A stretch of 64,000 nt of DNA, taken from positions 32,001 through 96,000 of the IMG/VR virus record IMGVR_UViG_3300048672_000512. One strand, given 5' to 3'. This document shows, in pieces, positions 1 through 9,862 of the stretch. Every line of letters starts with the position of its first letter. The stretch's first letter is position 1. A program made the position numbers and the translations under genes. Source of the DNA: a virus. Below the pieces are notes generated by a model. The model did no database searches, was not told the origin of the DNA, and was given only the letters and a program-made list of their open reading frames with translations.

Positions 1-2
1 TC

Positions 3-125
3 GATACAGACGAAGTAGACGACAATCCAGTAGCCGTCTTTTCGGATGCAGAAGCTGAAGATGACGGTGTCGTTGACACCGGCGTGGACTCCATTGACAA
101 CCTGTCCGAACGTGACGGGTATTGA
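3..125 (+). CDS. 3' end of an acidic-tailed protein (partial, starts before window)
   Basis: Open D/E-rich frame DTDEVDDNP...ERDGY ending at TGA 123-125. Confidence 0.6.
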   Translation, partial: DTDEVDDNPVAVFSDAEAEDDGVVDTGVDSIDNLSERDGY

Positions 126-152
126 AATCTCAATCAACCTTATAGGTGAAAC

Positions 153-977
153 ATGAAACTTACCGCTTCCAGCATGCTGAATGGCTACACCCCTGTTACT
201 ATCACGGAATACGAAGAGATCAACCCTCGCGTTGCTCGCGTCATTCTGACAACGTCTAGCACGGACAAGGCTGCAATTGCAGCTTCGCTGTCTAGCACGC
301 TGAAGAACTCTGCTGCAGCTATTCCGGATTCTTTCCGCTGGCTTGAATACGGCAACAGCATGATCGGCTATGTTACTGCGTCGCAGGATGTTCGTGTCCT
401 TGACAAAGAAGCAAGCCCGATTCAAGCCGGTTACAAGCTTGTTGCTGCAAACATCTTCATGGACAATGACGATTCCCAAGTGTGGGAACTGAAGTCCGGC
501 GCAGCTGGCAAGTATCTTGTGCGTCAAGGTCACGACAACCTAGCGGAACTGATTGAAGCGAATCGTCGCTCGCCTCGTGGCTCCACTCCTCGTATGCACA
601 GCGTGAAGAGCGCAAAGGCTGAAACAAACGAAGTCATCGCCTTTGTTAACAGTCACGGTAGCATGACGCCAGAAGTTGACTACGGCATGTGCGTTCGCAC
701 TACAGCTCGCGGTTACGAAGTTATCGTTGCTGGTGTTCAAGAGCCGATTGAAGTTCTGCAATCTGAAGTCGTATCTTCGCATGTTCTTGATACTGATGAA
801 CTCAAGCAAGCTATTGCTGCTGCGTATCAGACTGCAGGTGAACGCCCTCAGAAGGTTCGTGCTGCTACCGATGATGGCAAGATGTCGCTTGAAGAATACT
901 ATCGCAAGCTGTTCAGCTACAATCCTGCCTACGTCAAGCTGATGATGAAGGTTATCAAAGAACAAGCATCAATGTAA
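153..977 (+). CDS. hypothetical protein (possible virion protein)
   Basis: 274-aa ORF, upstream AGGTG RBS, phage-typical codon usage; no recognisable motif. Confidence 0.6.
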   Translation: MKLTASSMLNGYTPVTITEYEEINPRVARVILTTSSTDKAAIAASLSSTLKNSAAAIPDSFRWLEYGNSMIGYVTASQDVRVLDKEASPIQAGYKLVAANIFMDNDDSQVWELKSGAAGKYLVRQGHDNLAELIEANRRSPRGSTPRMHSVKSAKAETNEVIAFVNSHGSMTPEVDYGMCVRTTARGYEVIVAGVQEPIEVLQSEVVSSHVLDTDELKQAIAAAYQTAGERPQKVRAATDDGKMSLEEYYRKLFSYNPAYVKLMMKVIKEQASM

Positions 978-991
978 GTTCAAATCATACG

Positions 992-1022
992 TACCCCGTA
1001 CTCCGTAAAAGGATACGGGGTA
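992..1022 (+). terminator. stem-loop, probable terminator
   Basis: TACCCCGTA...TACGGGGTA inverted repeat just after stop 977. Confidence 0.5.
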
Positions 1023-1055
1023 TAGTTGCTTGCGGACACAAAACAGGAATACAAA

Positions 1056-1745
1056 ATGGCACTGAAAGCGACCAAGACTTCCATGCGAACTGCAGCGGTA
1101 AGTACCAAAAAAGTAGTAGAGAAACAGAGTCAGAAAAAAGAATCTGTGAAGGAGACAAAGAGCATTACATTTGACGTTTCTCCTGAACGAAACCCGGCAC
1201 AAAAACGGCTTTCTAGCGTAGCTGCCGAAGGCGAATCTCTGCCTGCCGTTATTGCACCAGATGTAGAGAAGAAGTTGCAATCCATGTTCGGTAAGAAAGC
1301 CGGTGTGATTGTAGACATGCTGGAAATGGATGACAGCGATGGCGCGCTTACCCTTGTCAGCAGATCCTTGCTGCAGACACTGGTTGACATTCTTCCAATA
1401 GCAGAGAACAACGTTAGAAAGACCGATGGTGCAAAGGGCGTGTACGGATTCAATCAGCTTGTATCTCAGGTGCGAGAAATGTGCAATGACATACGCGCCC
1501 ATCAGGATCGCGGCCATATAGGGCAGCGAATAGTTGAACAGAGCGTACGTCCAGTTTTTGTAAGTATCAGCATGCAGATAGTTCAAGCCTTCATTGAGCT
1601 TGACTCGATAGCTAGAGTTAGTATGAAAGAAACTGACTACGCGCGCTTTGTAAAAGCGCTTGATAGTATGAAAACAAATCTGGCTCAATATATGATGTCT
1701 CAGTACACAGAAGTTGAACAGCAAGTTACCAGATCTTTAAGCTGA
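1056..1745 (+). CDS. hypothetical protein, basic N-terminus and helical C-terminus
   Basis: ATG 1056 after AGGA RBS; in frame with track ORF 1026..1745. Confidence 0.6.
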   Translation: MALKATKTSMRTAAVSTKKVVEKQSQKKESVKETKSITFDVSPERNPAQKRLSSVAAEGESLPAVIAPDVEKKLQSMFGKKAGVIVDMLEMDDSDGALTLVSRSLLQTLVDILPIAENNVRKTDGAKGVYGFNQLVSQVREMCNDIRAHQDRGHIGQRIVEQSVRPVFVSISMQIVQAFIELDSIARVSMKETDYARFVKALDSMKTNLAQYMMSQYTEVEQQVTRSLS

Positions 1746-1791
1746 AACACTCACTCATTTTTGAAGCATTGCAACACAGATAAGGGCAATC

Positions 1792-4700
1792 ATGATTTCT
1801 AACTTTGTAACCGAAAACAGAACTATCACTGTTCCGTTGTTTCGGCAAAAGCCTCAATTCACGCCAGTTGCTGTTGCCGCTCGTAATGTGTCGCAACCAG
1901 CACGCGCTATTACTGCAGCTCCGGTGATCCGTCAGGTTTCCACTCTGTACCCTGACGCTAGGTTTGAGCTGGTTGAAAAGGACCGCAATAACGGTTTTCT
2001 ATACCTTTTCAACGGCAGGTACGAAGCGCAGAAAGCTATGTACCTTTTCCTTTCCATGGTTACGGCTGCTGCATATCCTACGCTAGAGCAGATTCCTATT
2101 GGCAAGAAGGTTCGTGGAAATAGCGCGCCTGTTAAGGAAATGACAAAGGGCGATCGTGAAACCATAAACAAGGTTCTGATCGAATCCTTCAAGCGTCGTG
2201 GTGCCGTGTCGTTGACCACGGTTAAAAAGCAGGCTTCCGAGTTTCGCGTTACGCTGCCGCTGTTTGCTTCAACTGGACTTAATCTTCCTGGTATTACAGC
2301 TCGGCTGTCCTCGCGCGCCGGCGTTACTAATGAAGAACTTGAGCAGTTCGGTACAGGCCGGGAATGGCCGCTAGCATCGCTTCCGGCTACGGGTGGTAAC
2401 TACAATGACAAGTTCAAAGCAGGTATCGCTTCAGCGAGTCCAGTTCTGAAGTTTGTAAAGCTCGGGGAACTCGATGCTTGGGTTTTGGAATTGACTATCA
2501 CAAAGGGTCAAGCTGAATTCCTGACCAATTCTTCTTGGGTTGAAATCCGCCCGATGGACTTGCATGGTCTGCTATACGAGTGGGGGTTGACATACTATGG
2601 CGATCTTATCAAGGCAACTCCTGACTACGCAATTCCGCTTCGTCAAATTGCAAAGTCGCTTGATGCTTCTCGTACAACGCCGCGCCTTAGTGAAGACGGG
2701 CTTCTTGTCACTGAGCGTGCTGAAATCCTTGCACTGCCACGCGAGCTTGACGCTGTTCGTACTTTTGAAGACCGCTATGCGTCTGCGTACACGCAGCCGA
2801 ATGGTGCCTTCGGTGCCTTGGATCTTGAAAATCCTACGGCTGCACCGCGTCGTCCGCCTAAGGCGATGCCGGTTCTTATCGACTGGGCCAACCTAAAATT
2901 TGCGTACACCACGCAAGATGGGCGTTTGCAGACGCGTTCTCTGGATCGTTCGCGCCCGGTTACCGTAACTCACATTGTTCGTTTTCTGGAACGCAGGGTA
3001 GGTAACGATTCTGTTCGCCATGTACTAGCTCAAACGGTGTCTGTAGGTTCCAAGTGGGGTTTTGAATACCTTGGTGAGATTCGCAGCATCACTGAACTTG
3101 AACGCGCAATTGAAATTGTCGGCAAGGCCGTTGATGAATATAAGGGCATTACTGAAATCCCTCTGTATGAAGTTGCGCGCTACGCGCTGACTCCGATGGC
3201 AGAGCTGCCGGAAAACCTGCATCAGTCTTTTGCCGGTACGCTTACATCTTTCTACGCTCTGTGCAAGGCTGTGCTTGAACGCATTGACGCAGAACCCGAA
3301 ACGGCCTATGCAGAGTACTCGGTTCCTACCATAATCGAACTGCGTGCTTTCCTTGTGATCTTTACGAAGTATGCAAAGGACATTCGCAAGCTTCGCACTC
3401 AGGACGAAGAGCTTCGTAAGCCATATCTGGAGCAGCCGCCTGAAACCATTCGCCCGGAGGATCTTGCAAAATACACAGATCCGAACATGCCGCTGGAAGC
3501 TGTTCCGTTCGCTAATGACTCTGGCAAGCAGCCTTGGGGTGCTTTGCCTCACCAAGCAAAGATTGCACATCTTACAGCATCAGCACCGCCTAACGTCATT
3601 CTTCCAGTCGCTACTGGTGGTGGCAAATCTTCGATCATCATCTACGATATCCTTCGTGAAATGGGTCGCGGTAGTAAAGGCCCGTTCCTGATTCTTTGCC
3701 CGTCGCATCTTGTTTCCAACTACGTGCGAGAGTTTGTCTACTTCACGAACTCTGAAGTGAACGTGATTCCGATCACCAACTACACAATCAACCGTCATGG
3801 CTATGAACGCCTGCAGACGATGATTGAAAAGGCTCCGGTTAACACGGTTCTGATTGCAGACTTCAACTCGATTCGCAACAAGGCTTCATCTATTGCGTAT
3901 GGTGTTGCGCCTACCAAGGTGTTTCCTGCTATCGAGTTTCTGCGTCAGTTCGCTCCGCAGTATGTAGCTATTGACGAGAGTCACTACCTGCGTAATCGGA
4001 ATGCGCGTCAAGATGCCGTTGCTCGCTTGGTGTCTGACATTCCTAAGATCCGCCTAGCTTCGGGTACGCTGGTTGCTAACGTGCTTCTTGATCTGGTTTC
4101 TCAGTTTGCTCTGATGGACCCGACACTGTTTGGCACGGAAGAGGATTTCATCAAGACCTATGCTGCTGGTTCTACCGGTAACAAGGTTATCTATCGAGAC
4201 GGTGCAGAGCAGGAAGTGAATTCGGCACTGCGCTCTTCGTGTCTGTTTGCAAAGGCGCAGAAGAAGGAATGGGCTGCTATCCTGCCATTCCCGTTGGAAC
4301 AGATTCACGGTGTTGAGCTTAGCAAGGCTCAGAAAGAGGTTTACCAGAAGATCTTTGAACAGTCGTTTATCGAAGCAATCAAGCAAGATTCTGCGCGTTT
4401 CGGTCTTCTTCTCAAGCGAGACGAAGATCTGACAGATCGTGAACGTGAAGAGCGTAACTCTCTGAACCTTGACGGTCTGATGTCGCAGTGTCTGCAGCGC
4501 ATTGAGTCGTTCCTGACTGCACCTGGCGAAGATGAAGGTGGCGCTCTTGAACTAAAGGGTGACGATCTTATTTCACCAAAGGTGCGCAAGATTGTTGACC
4601 TGTGCAAGACGCATCTGGAAAAGGAGATTCCGGGCAAGATTCTTATCTTCACCAACTACAACAAGTCAGCAGACGCAATTGACAAGGCTCTGAAGGCAGC

Positions 4701-7700
4701 TGGCCTTGGTGATATGTCCATCTACTACACGGCTACCGAAAAGGAGAAGTGTGGTGCGGACTTTGAGAACAACCCCAAGAAGAAGATCATGTTCGGGATT
4801 GAAAATTCCATGAACACTGGTTTGAATCTTCAGTACTGCTTCCCAGGTCACACTCAGATCATGACAAGTAAGAACACTGTCATGTCGCTGAAAGACGTGT
4901 TTGAGAATCCAAACGTCACAGAAGTTCTGTCCTATGACCTGAAGAATCGCAAGATTGAAATCAAGCCAATTCTTCGCAAGATTCGTACGCGTGTCAAGGA
5001 AGTAGACAAGTACGTCAAGATAGGCGTCGTTGACAACAAGACGGGTGAGCAGCGGTCTATGGTGGTAACTGCAAACCATAAGATTTTCATGAAGGGCGGT
5101 GGCAAGCTGCGTGCAGATGAACTTACAGAAGGTGATCAGCTTATAACCTTTGGTGGTAATTTTGAACGCATGCGTTCAAATCCAGACACTGATGAAATCC
5201 TTTCGTCTGCTGACTGGTTAGAAGTGCGCAATCGTGCAATTGCGTGCCCTGAGTGTGGAGAGTTCATCACACCTCAGAGCAAGATGAAACACCTAGCAGT
5301 TGAGCACGGTATTGGCGTTGCTGAGTATCAAGCACTGCTTGCAACAAAGAGCAAAAACAGCAAGCACAACTGGAGTAGCGATCGAGAGAAGATGCTCAGT
5401 GCCGTTCTGAAAGGTCATGCAGCGCAAACACACGAGCAGCGTTCAGAATACACGTCCAAGGCATGGGCTAATGACGACGGTACGCGACGTCAGCGCATGT
5501 CAGAGCTTGCTACTGCACGTTGGCAAGATGAGGATTACAAGGAAGCTACTGGCAACGCAATATCTGAAGCGCTGTTGAAGATACCTGAAGTTCTTTCTGA
5601 AAACTCAAAGCGTAATTGGGCACGTCCTGAGTACCGTGAGCGGCTGCTGGAAGTATTCTCTTCGGAGGAACACAAGCAGAAGTTGCGAAACTCTACTACT
5701 GAGCGTCATGAGAACGATGCCAGTTTCACGTTGAAGTGCTTGGTTGGAATGGCTGAAGGCCGCATGTCGGAACCGTCAAGCTATGAACAGAGGGTTATTG
5801 ACCTGCAGATTGACAACTTGAAGTTTGTTGGAACCTCGCATGCTCACTGCACTATCACTTTGGAGATTGACGGAAAGCGTGTTCTGAAGAACCCAGATTT
5901 CATATCTGAAAACCACCTGGATGAAGACGGTCAACCTTTGCGCGTTGTTGAAGTAGTTGGTGGTCGCAAGTGGACAAATCGCTTTGCAGAGCACGACAAG
6001 AAACTGATTGCAGCATACAAGAATGCTGGCATCAAGTGCTTGGTAATTGGAGAAGAGGACTTTGCAGACCTGGAAACAGTAGAGGCAAAGTTGCAGTCCT
6101 TTGTAAACAATCACTATCTAACGGTTCGTTGGGTTCGCAACTACACGAACACGAATGTGATTGGTGACTTCAAGTACGACATTGAAGTTGAAGGTAACCA
6201 CAATTACTTTGCTCTTGCTGGAAACGAGGATCTAGCACGTCAGAGTCGAAAGGGCATTCCTGTTCTGGTAAGCAACTGCAGTAGGCTGATTAGGTGTGAG
6301 ACAGTGTGGACCCCAGGTGTTCTTGAACAGGGTAACGCACGTATCGGACGCCCAAATCTGAAAGTTGAGGAATCACGTCCTTACGTCTACTACGACTGGG
6401 TTGTGGCTCTGGATACGCTTGACGTCACGAAGATCAGCTACCTGATTTCAAAGACTATCTCTGCAGCAAAGTTCTCTGAAGCCGGAAACGAACGCTTTGA
6501 TGACATTGAAGTTCCGCCGCTGTTTCCCATGACTCTGGAAAACATCCAGAACATGAATTCGTGGCAGGAGACTCTTCCTGAGTACATCAGTGCCTATCAA
6601 GCATATCAGAAAGCGACAGAAGCCGAGTACGCGGACTATCGTGAACGTGCAAAGGACTACCTGTTTGACGCTGACGGAAAGCGCCGAATGGCTAAGGTGT
6701 CGCGCGCTGCTAACCCTCCTGGTTCTGCTCTTATTCGTCGAGTTCCTTACCACCCGGGTACGGAGCTTTATGGTCAGGATCAACTTGGACTTGTTCGCTA
6801 CGACCAATTCCTGCGTCAGCAGGGCTTCAACGTAGCAGCTGAAGACGATGAATTTGCAGAGGATAGTGGAGCGGAAACTCCAAGTGCAGATGGTGGTTCT
6901 AAGGGGCGCCTGTCTCCTGAAAAGCGCGAACAGCTTCTCAGGGAGAACGCACTCGTAGGTGGCATGTGGGCGCATACGGAATTTGGTGATGGTCAGATTG
7001 AAAACCTTTCAGTGTCTACGATCAAGGTTCGCCTTGATAGCAGCGGTGAGCTGGTTTCGGTTGATCGCTTGAACTGCTTCCTGATCACTCGTGCTGAGAC
7101 GTCGTCAAAGGACATTCGTACTCAGGTTCTGAAGTTGCGTGGTCAAGTTCCGCTTGATGCACCAATTGAGGTTCTTGAGTCTCAGTTGACACCTGCAAAG
7201 ATGAAGATGCTTGAACGTGAGCGTCGCCAAGCAGACCAGGATGCGTATCAGCAACAGGAAGAGGAACAGGCAAGCACGGAATTTGAATTCCGCTTCAGCA
7301 TTGTCAACGACTGGCTATCGATCATCCTTGTCAACTCTGACAATGACACTGCAGTATCCGTTGTTCAGCAGAGCGGCTTCAAGTATTCACCCGAGTACTT
7401 CTATGCTGAAATGCGAACACCTAAGATGCTGTTTGATCAGTTCCAAGCGTGGTTTGATGCAGGCCTTGAAATTCCCGCAGACTACACTGACCACCTTACT
7501 GAAGTCTACAAGCGCTTCAAGTCGAATGGCAAGAAGGGCGTTACTTCGTTCATGGGCATTGCTAAGGAGCTGGAGATTCGCAACTTCTACAAGGTTGAAT
7601 TCAAGCCTGATGCTGATGCAAATACGATTCGACCCTTCCCGCTTATTCAGGACGATATCCTGTACATAGCTCTTCCTTCAAAGGGCCATCCCGGTTCCAA

Positions 7701-7905
7701 GAACGCTATGCGTCACAAGGTTCCTGGCGTGACGTGGTACAAGGAAGAAGAAGGAGCCGCGCTAGCTGCGTACACCAAGACGCGTAACAACGCAGTTACT
7801 TTCTTTGAACACATCGAAAGTCTTGGTTACACAATCTCTAACAAGGCGGATCTTATTGCAGAGCTTCGTACGCTGAAAACCATCCCTGCCAAGCCGTCCA
7901 AGTAA
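1792..7905 (+). CDS. SNF2/SWI2-family SF2 helicase/ATPase precursor with intein
   Basis: Walker A ATGGGKS, IDESH, LASGT motif III, GLNLQ motif V, EQGNARIGR motif VI. Confidence 0.85.
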   Translation: MISNFVTENRTITVPLFRQKPQFTPVAVAARNVSQPARAITAAPVIRQVSTLYPDARFELVEKDRNNGFLYLFNGRYEAQKAMYLFLSMVTAAAYPTLEQIPIGKKVRGNSAPVKEMTKGDRETINKVLIESFKRRGAVSLTTVKKQASEFRVTLPLFASTGLNLPGITARLSSRAGVTNEELEQFGTGREWPLASLPATGGNYNDKFKAGIASASPVLKFVKLGELDAWVLELTITKGQAEFLTNSSWVEIRPMDLHGLLYEWGLTYYGDLIKATPDYAIPLRQIAKSLDASRTTPRLSEDGLLVTERAEILALPRELDAVRTFEDRYASAYTQPNGAFGALDLENPTAAPRRPPKAMPVLIDWANLKFAYTTQDGRLQTRSLDRSRPVTVTHIVRFLERRVGNDSVRHVLAQTVSVGSKWGFEYLGEIRSITELERAIEIVGKAVDEYKGITEIPLYEVARYALTPMAELPENLHQSFAGTLTSFYALCKAVLERIDAEPETAYAEYSVPTIIELRAFLVIFTKYAKDIRKLRTQDEELRKPYLEQPPETIRPEDLAKYTDPNMPLEAVPFANDSGKQPWGALPHQAKIAHLTASAPPNVILPVATGGGKSSIIIYDILREMGRGSKGPFLILCPSHLVSNYVREFVYFTNSEVNVIPITNYTINRHGYERLQTMIEKAPVNTVLIADFNSIRNKASSIAYGVAPTKVFPAIEFLRQFAPQYVAIDESHYLRNRNARQDAVARLVSDIPKIRLASGTLVANVLLDLVSQFALMDPTLFGTEEDFIKTYAAGSTGNKVIYRDGAEQEVNSALRSSCLFAKAQKKEWAAILPFPLEQIHGVELSKAQKEVYQKIFEQSFIEAIKQDSARFGLLLKRDEDLTDREREERNSLNLDGLMSQCLQRIESFLTAPGEDEGGALELKGDDLISPKVRKIVDLCKTHLEKEIPGKILIFTNYNKSADAIDKALKAAGLGDMSIYYTATEKEKCGADFENNPKKKIMFGIENSMNTGLNLQYCFPGHTQIMTSKNTVMSLKDVFENPNVTEVLSYDLKNRKIEIKPILRKIRTRVKEVDKYVKIGVVDNKTGEQRSMVVTANHKIFMKGGGKLRADELTEGDQLITFGGNFERMRSNPDTDEILSSADWLEVRNRAIACPECGEFITPQSKMKHLAVEHGIGVAEYQALLATKSKNSKHNWSSDREKMLSAVLKGHAAQTHEQRSEYTSKAWANDDGTRRQRMSELATARWQDEDYKEATGNAISEALLKIPEVLSENSKRNWARPEYRERLLEVFSSEEHKQKLRNSTTERHENDASFTLKCLVGMAEGRMSEPSSYEQRVIDLQIDNLKFVGTSHAHCTITLEIDGKRVLKNPDFISENHLDEDGQPLRVVEVVGGRKWTNRFAEHDKKLIAAYKNAGIKCLVIGEEDFADLETVEAKLQSFVNNHYLTVRWVRNYTNTNVIGDFKYDIEVEGNHNYFALAGNEDLARQSRKGIPVLVSNCSRLIRCETVWTPGVLEQGNARIGRPNLKVEESRPYVYYDWVVALDTLDVTKISYLISKTISAAKFSEAGNERFDDIEVPPLFPMTLENIQNMNSWQETLPEYISAYQAYQKATEAEYADYRERAKDYLFDADGKRRMAKVSRAANPPGSALIRRVPYHPGTELYGQDQLGLVRYDQFLRQQGFNVAAEDDEFAEDSGAETPSADGGSKGRLSPEKREQLLRENALVGGMWAHTEFGDGQIENLSVSTIKVRLDSSGELVSVDRLNCFLITRAETSSKDIRTQVLKLRGQVPLDAPIEVLESQLTPAKMKMLERERRQADQDAYQQQEEEQASTEFEFRFSIVNDWLSIILVNSDNDTAVSVVQQSGFKYSPEYFYAEMRTPKMLFDQFQAWFDAGLEIPADYTDHLTEVYKRFKSNGKKGVTSFMGIAKELEIRNFYKVEFKPDADANTIRPFPLIQDDILYIALPSKGHPGSKNAMRHKVPGVTWYKEEEGAALAAYTKTRNNAVTFFEHIESLGYTISNKADLIAELRTLKTIPAKPSK
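4837..6276 (+). mobile_element. intein (480 aa) with inserted endonuclease
   Basis: N-junction GLNLQY|CFPGHTQI; C-terminal YDIEVEGNHNYF...VLVSN|C; splicing restores GLNLQYCSRLI motif V. Confidence 0.92.
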
Positions 7906-7953
7906 TCAACCAACTTAGGGGGTCGGAGCTAATAACTTCGACCCCTGTTCAAA

Positions 7954-8352
7954 ATGCAACTGAACGCTTCCAACATCCATGCCGCTATCCTGCAATACTT
8001 GAAGGATCAGAAGGTAGCTCTTGAACACGAGATTGAACTTACCGAGAATCATATCAATCACTTTGTTGGTCAGATAGCGTACACCTACAACTTGATGGGT
8101 GAGCACGTTCGCGCTGCTATTGGCACTGTGGGCCTCTTCCCATCCGAGCTTGTCAATCACCTTGAGTCTGTTCTTGAAAGGGCAGAAAACAAGGTTGAAG
8201 AGGCTCTTGGTATCGCGGACACCTCAGACGAACCGGAGGTTGCCGCTGAGGATGACTCGGAGGCAATTCCTGATGCGGTAGACGCTGATGCGGAAAACGC
8301 TGCACCTGTTGTCAAGACCACTTCTTCCAAGAAGAAAAAGGCTGCTGAATAA
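7954..8352 (+). CDS. hypothetical protein with acidic/basic tail
   Basis: 132-aa ORF, TAATG-coupled to the next gene. Confidence 0.6.
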   Translation: MQLNASNIHAAILQYLKDQKVALEHEIELTENHINHFVGQIAYTYNLMGEHVRAAIGTVGLFPSELVNHLESVLERAENKVEEALGIADTSDEPEVAAEDDSEAIPDAVDADAENAAPVVKTTSSKKKKAAE

Positions 8353-8714
8353 TGGCTGCTAACATCTTTTCAAACCACGTACCTCGCCTTACGGCAAGAG
8401 GTCCGGTGCAGTACTTCGCTGTTTCAAGCACAGCAGCAGGAACCTACTATTTCAATCTGTCAGGCCTTCTGCGCCCTGGTATCACAAACATCGGTTTGGC
8501 TGTGCAGGCTATTGGTTCTCAGGTCACGGCTTCGCTTTCTCTTCAGGAACCGTCGCAACCTACTGAACCGACAGATGCAGACCTTGCATCGCTTGCGTGG
8601 TTTGCAACTACCCCGGTTGCAGCTGGTGGATATCAAGTGCTGAATCCGCCTTTTGCTAACTGGATCAAGCTTGTATTTGCAGGTGCGGGAACGGCTTACG
8701 TCGGTTCCATGTAA
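8352..8714 (+). CDS. hypothetical beta-rich protein (possible virion component)
   Basis: 120-aa A/G/T/S-rich ORF followed by a terminator. Confidence 0.55.
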   Translation: MAANIFSNHVPRLTARGPVQYFAVSSTAAGTYYFNLSGLLRPGITNIGLAVQAIGSQVTASLSLQEPSQPTEPTDADLASLAWFATTPVAAGGYQVLNPPFANWIKLVFAGAGTAYVGSM

Positions 8715-8719
8715 CAATC

Positions 8720-8754
8720 AAAAGCCCCTTGGTTTGTTTAGCTAAGGGGCTTTT
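8720..8754 (+). terminator. rho-independent terminator (first part of repeat copy A)
   Basis: AAAAGCCCCTT...AAGGGGCTTTT hairpin with T tail. Confidence 0.85.
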
Positions 8755-8755
8755 A

Positions 8756-8917
8756 TTTTGGCTGAAATCTATGGTTTCCGAAGCACGCTTCCAGTCTTCG
8801 ACTACACCGTGTTTCCTGCTGTTTTTTCATTACAGAATCGACCGGAAACAGAGGTTTCCGGGCCGAGACGTGTATCTGGGTGCAGAAGCGAAAAACCCAT
8901 GAAAATGGCGTGTTTTC
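8756..8917 (+). repeat. non-coding inverted repeat, copy A
   Basis: 8756-8796 (41 nt) and 8853-8898 (46 nt) are exact reverse complements of 50748-50788 and 50649-50694. Confidence 0.95.
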
Positions 8918-8984
8918 TGCGCTTTCTGGTGACACTGTGAATGCTAATTGTTAAGCACGAAATCTCACTGTAAAAGGCATACCA

Positions 8985-9437
8985 ATGTTCAAATCGACCA
9001 AGACCTATGGTAGTGATCGCGGTTTTTCCGTAGCTCTGCGCAACCATCGCGCACGCAATGACAACTGTGAGTTGCTTCATGGTTACTCGCTGGGTTTCAA
9101 ATTCGTTTTCGCTTCACCTACCCTGGACGCTCGTGGATGGGTTGTTGACTTTGGCGGATTGCGTACGTTGAAAGAAGAGCTTGAACATAACTTCGATCAC
9201 ACTACTCTCATTGCTGAAGACGATCCAGAACTGGAAACCTTCAAGCTCTTGCACGATAAGAAGGCACTGAAGCTTAACGTGCTGCGCGGTGTTAGCTGCG
9301 AAGAGCTAGCCGAACAGGTCTTCAACCTGACTAGATTCTGGCTGGACACAAACGGCTATAAGCACGTCACGTTGGAAAGTGTTGAAGTATTCGAGCATGG
9401 TGCAAATAGTGCACTCTTCTACAACTCCAGCAAATAA
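8985..9437 (+). CDS. queD: 6-carboxy-5,6,7,8-tetrahydropterin synthase (QueD-like)
   Basis: C..LHGY, WVVDFGGL, DHT, CEELA, V.VFEHG.NSA motifs of the PTPS/QueD T-fold. Confidence 0.88.
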   Translation: MFKSTKTYGSDRGFSVALRNHRARNDNCELLHGYSLGFKFVFASPTLDARGWVVDFGGLRTLKEELEHNFDHTTLIAEDDPELETFKLLHDKKALKLNVLRGVSCEELAEQVFNLTRFWLDTNGYKHVTLESVEVFEHGANSALFYNSSK

Positions 9438-9463
9438 CGTCAGAGAACATCGGAGAACATCAA

Positions 9464-9856
9464 ATGAATAACCCTTATAGCGGCGTTCCGTCAAGCTCAG
9501 ACGCCTTCAGTCAATCCACATTAGTATGGATCAAGTTTCAGGTTGTAGGATTTCACTTCTATCCGAATGCACCTGACGACGTCTCTTACCTTCGAGACAA
9601 TCACCGCCATGTATTCAATTTCAAGGTTACGATTTCCGTAACGCATGATGAACGCGAGATTGAATTTCACCAGTTCAAGCGAGAGCTTCAGGCGCGCTAT
9701 TCATCGGAGGAGCAGTTCGGCGGATCCTCTTGCGAAACTATTGCAAAGAGCTTGCTGAACTACATCGTAGACAAGTACAAAGGACACGAGTTCGTGTCCG
9801 TTGAAGTTTCTGAAGATGACGAGTGTGGCTCGGTTGTAACCTGGGAAAGGGGTTAG
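9464..9856 (+). CDS. dpdL: second T-fold QueD-like protein, DpdL-like (predicted CDG decarboxylase)
   Basis: LRDNHRHVF matches LxxxHRHxF; GFH.YP, EREIEF, GSSCE, VEVSED.E.G. Confidence 0.7.
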   Translation: MNNPYSGVPSSSDAFSQSTLVWIKFQVVGFHFYPNAPDDVSYLRDNHRHVFNFKVTISVTHDEREIEFHQFKRELQARYSSEEQFGGSSCETIAKSLLNYIVDKYKGHEFVSVEVSEDDECGSVVTWERG

Positions 9857-9862
9857 TAGATC

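Noticed and set aside
1056-1745. Small terminase subunit
   Set aside because: Only a vague helical resemblance and no large terminase adjacent, so it is left as hypothetical.
1750-1772. CTCATTTTT...TGCAA motif also present at ~39774
   Set aside because: Only two occurrences with different spacing, which is too few to call a promoter.
8753-9080. Short ORFs over repeat copies A and B (8753..8935, 8758..8940, 8802..9080, 50491..50742, 50639..50974)
   Set aside because: They are by-products of the non-coding inverted repeat and terminators, with no RBS or coding signature.
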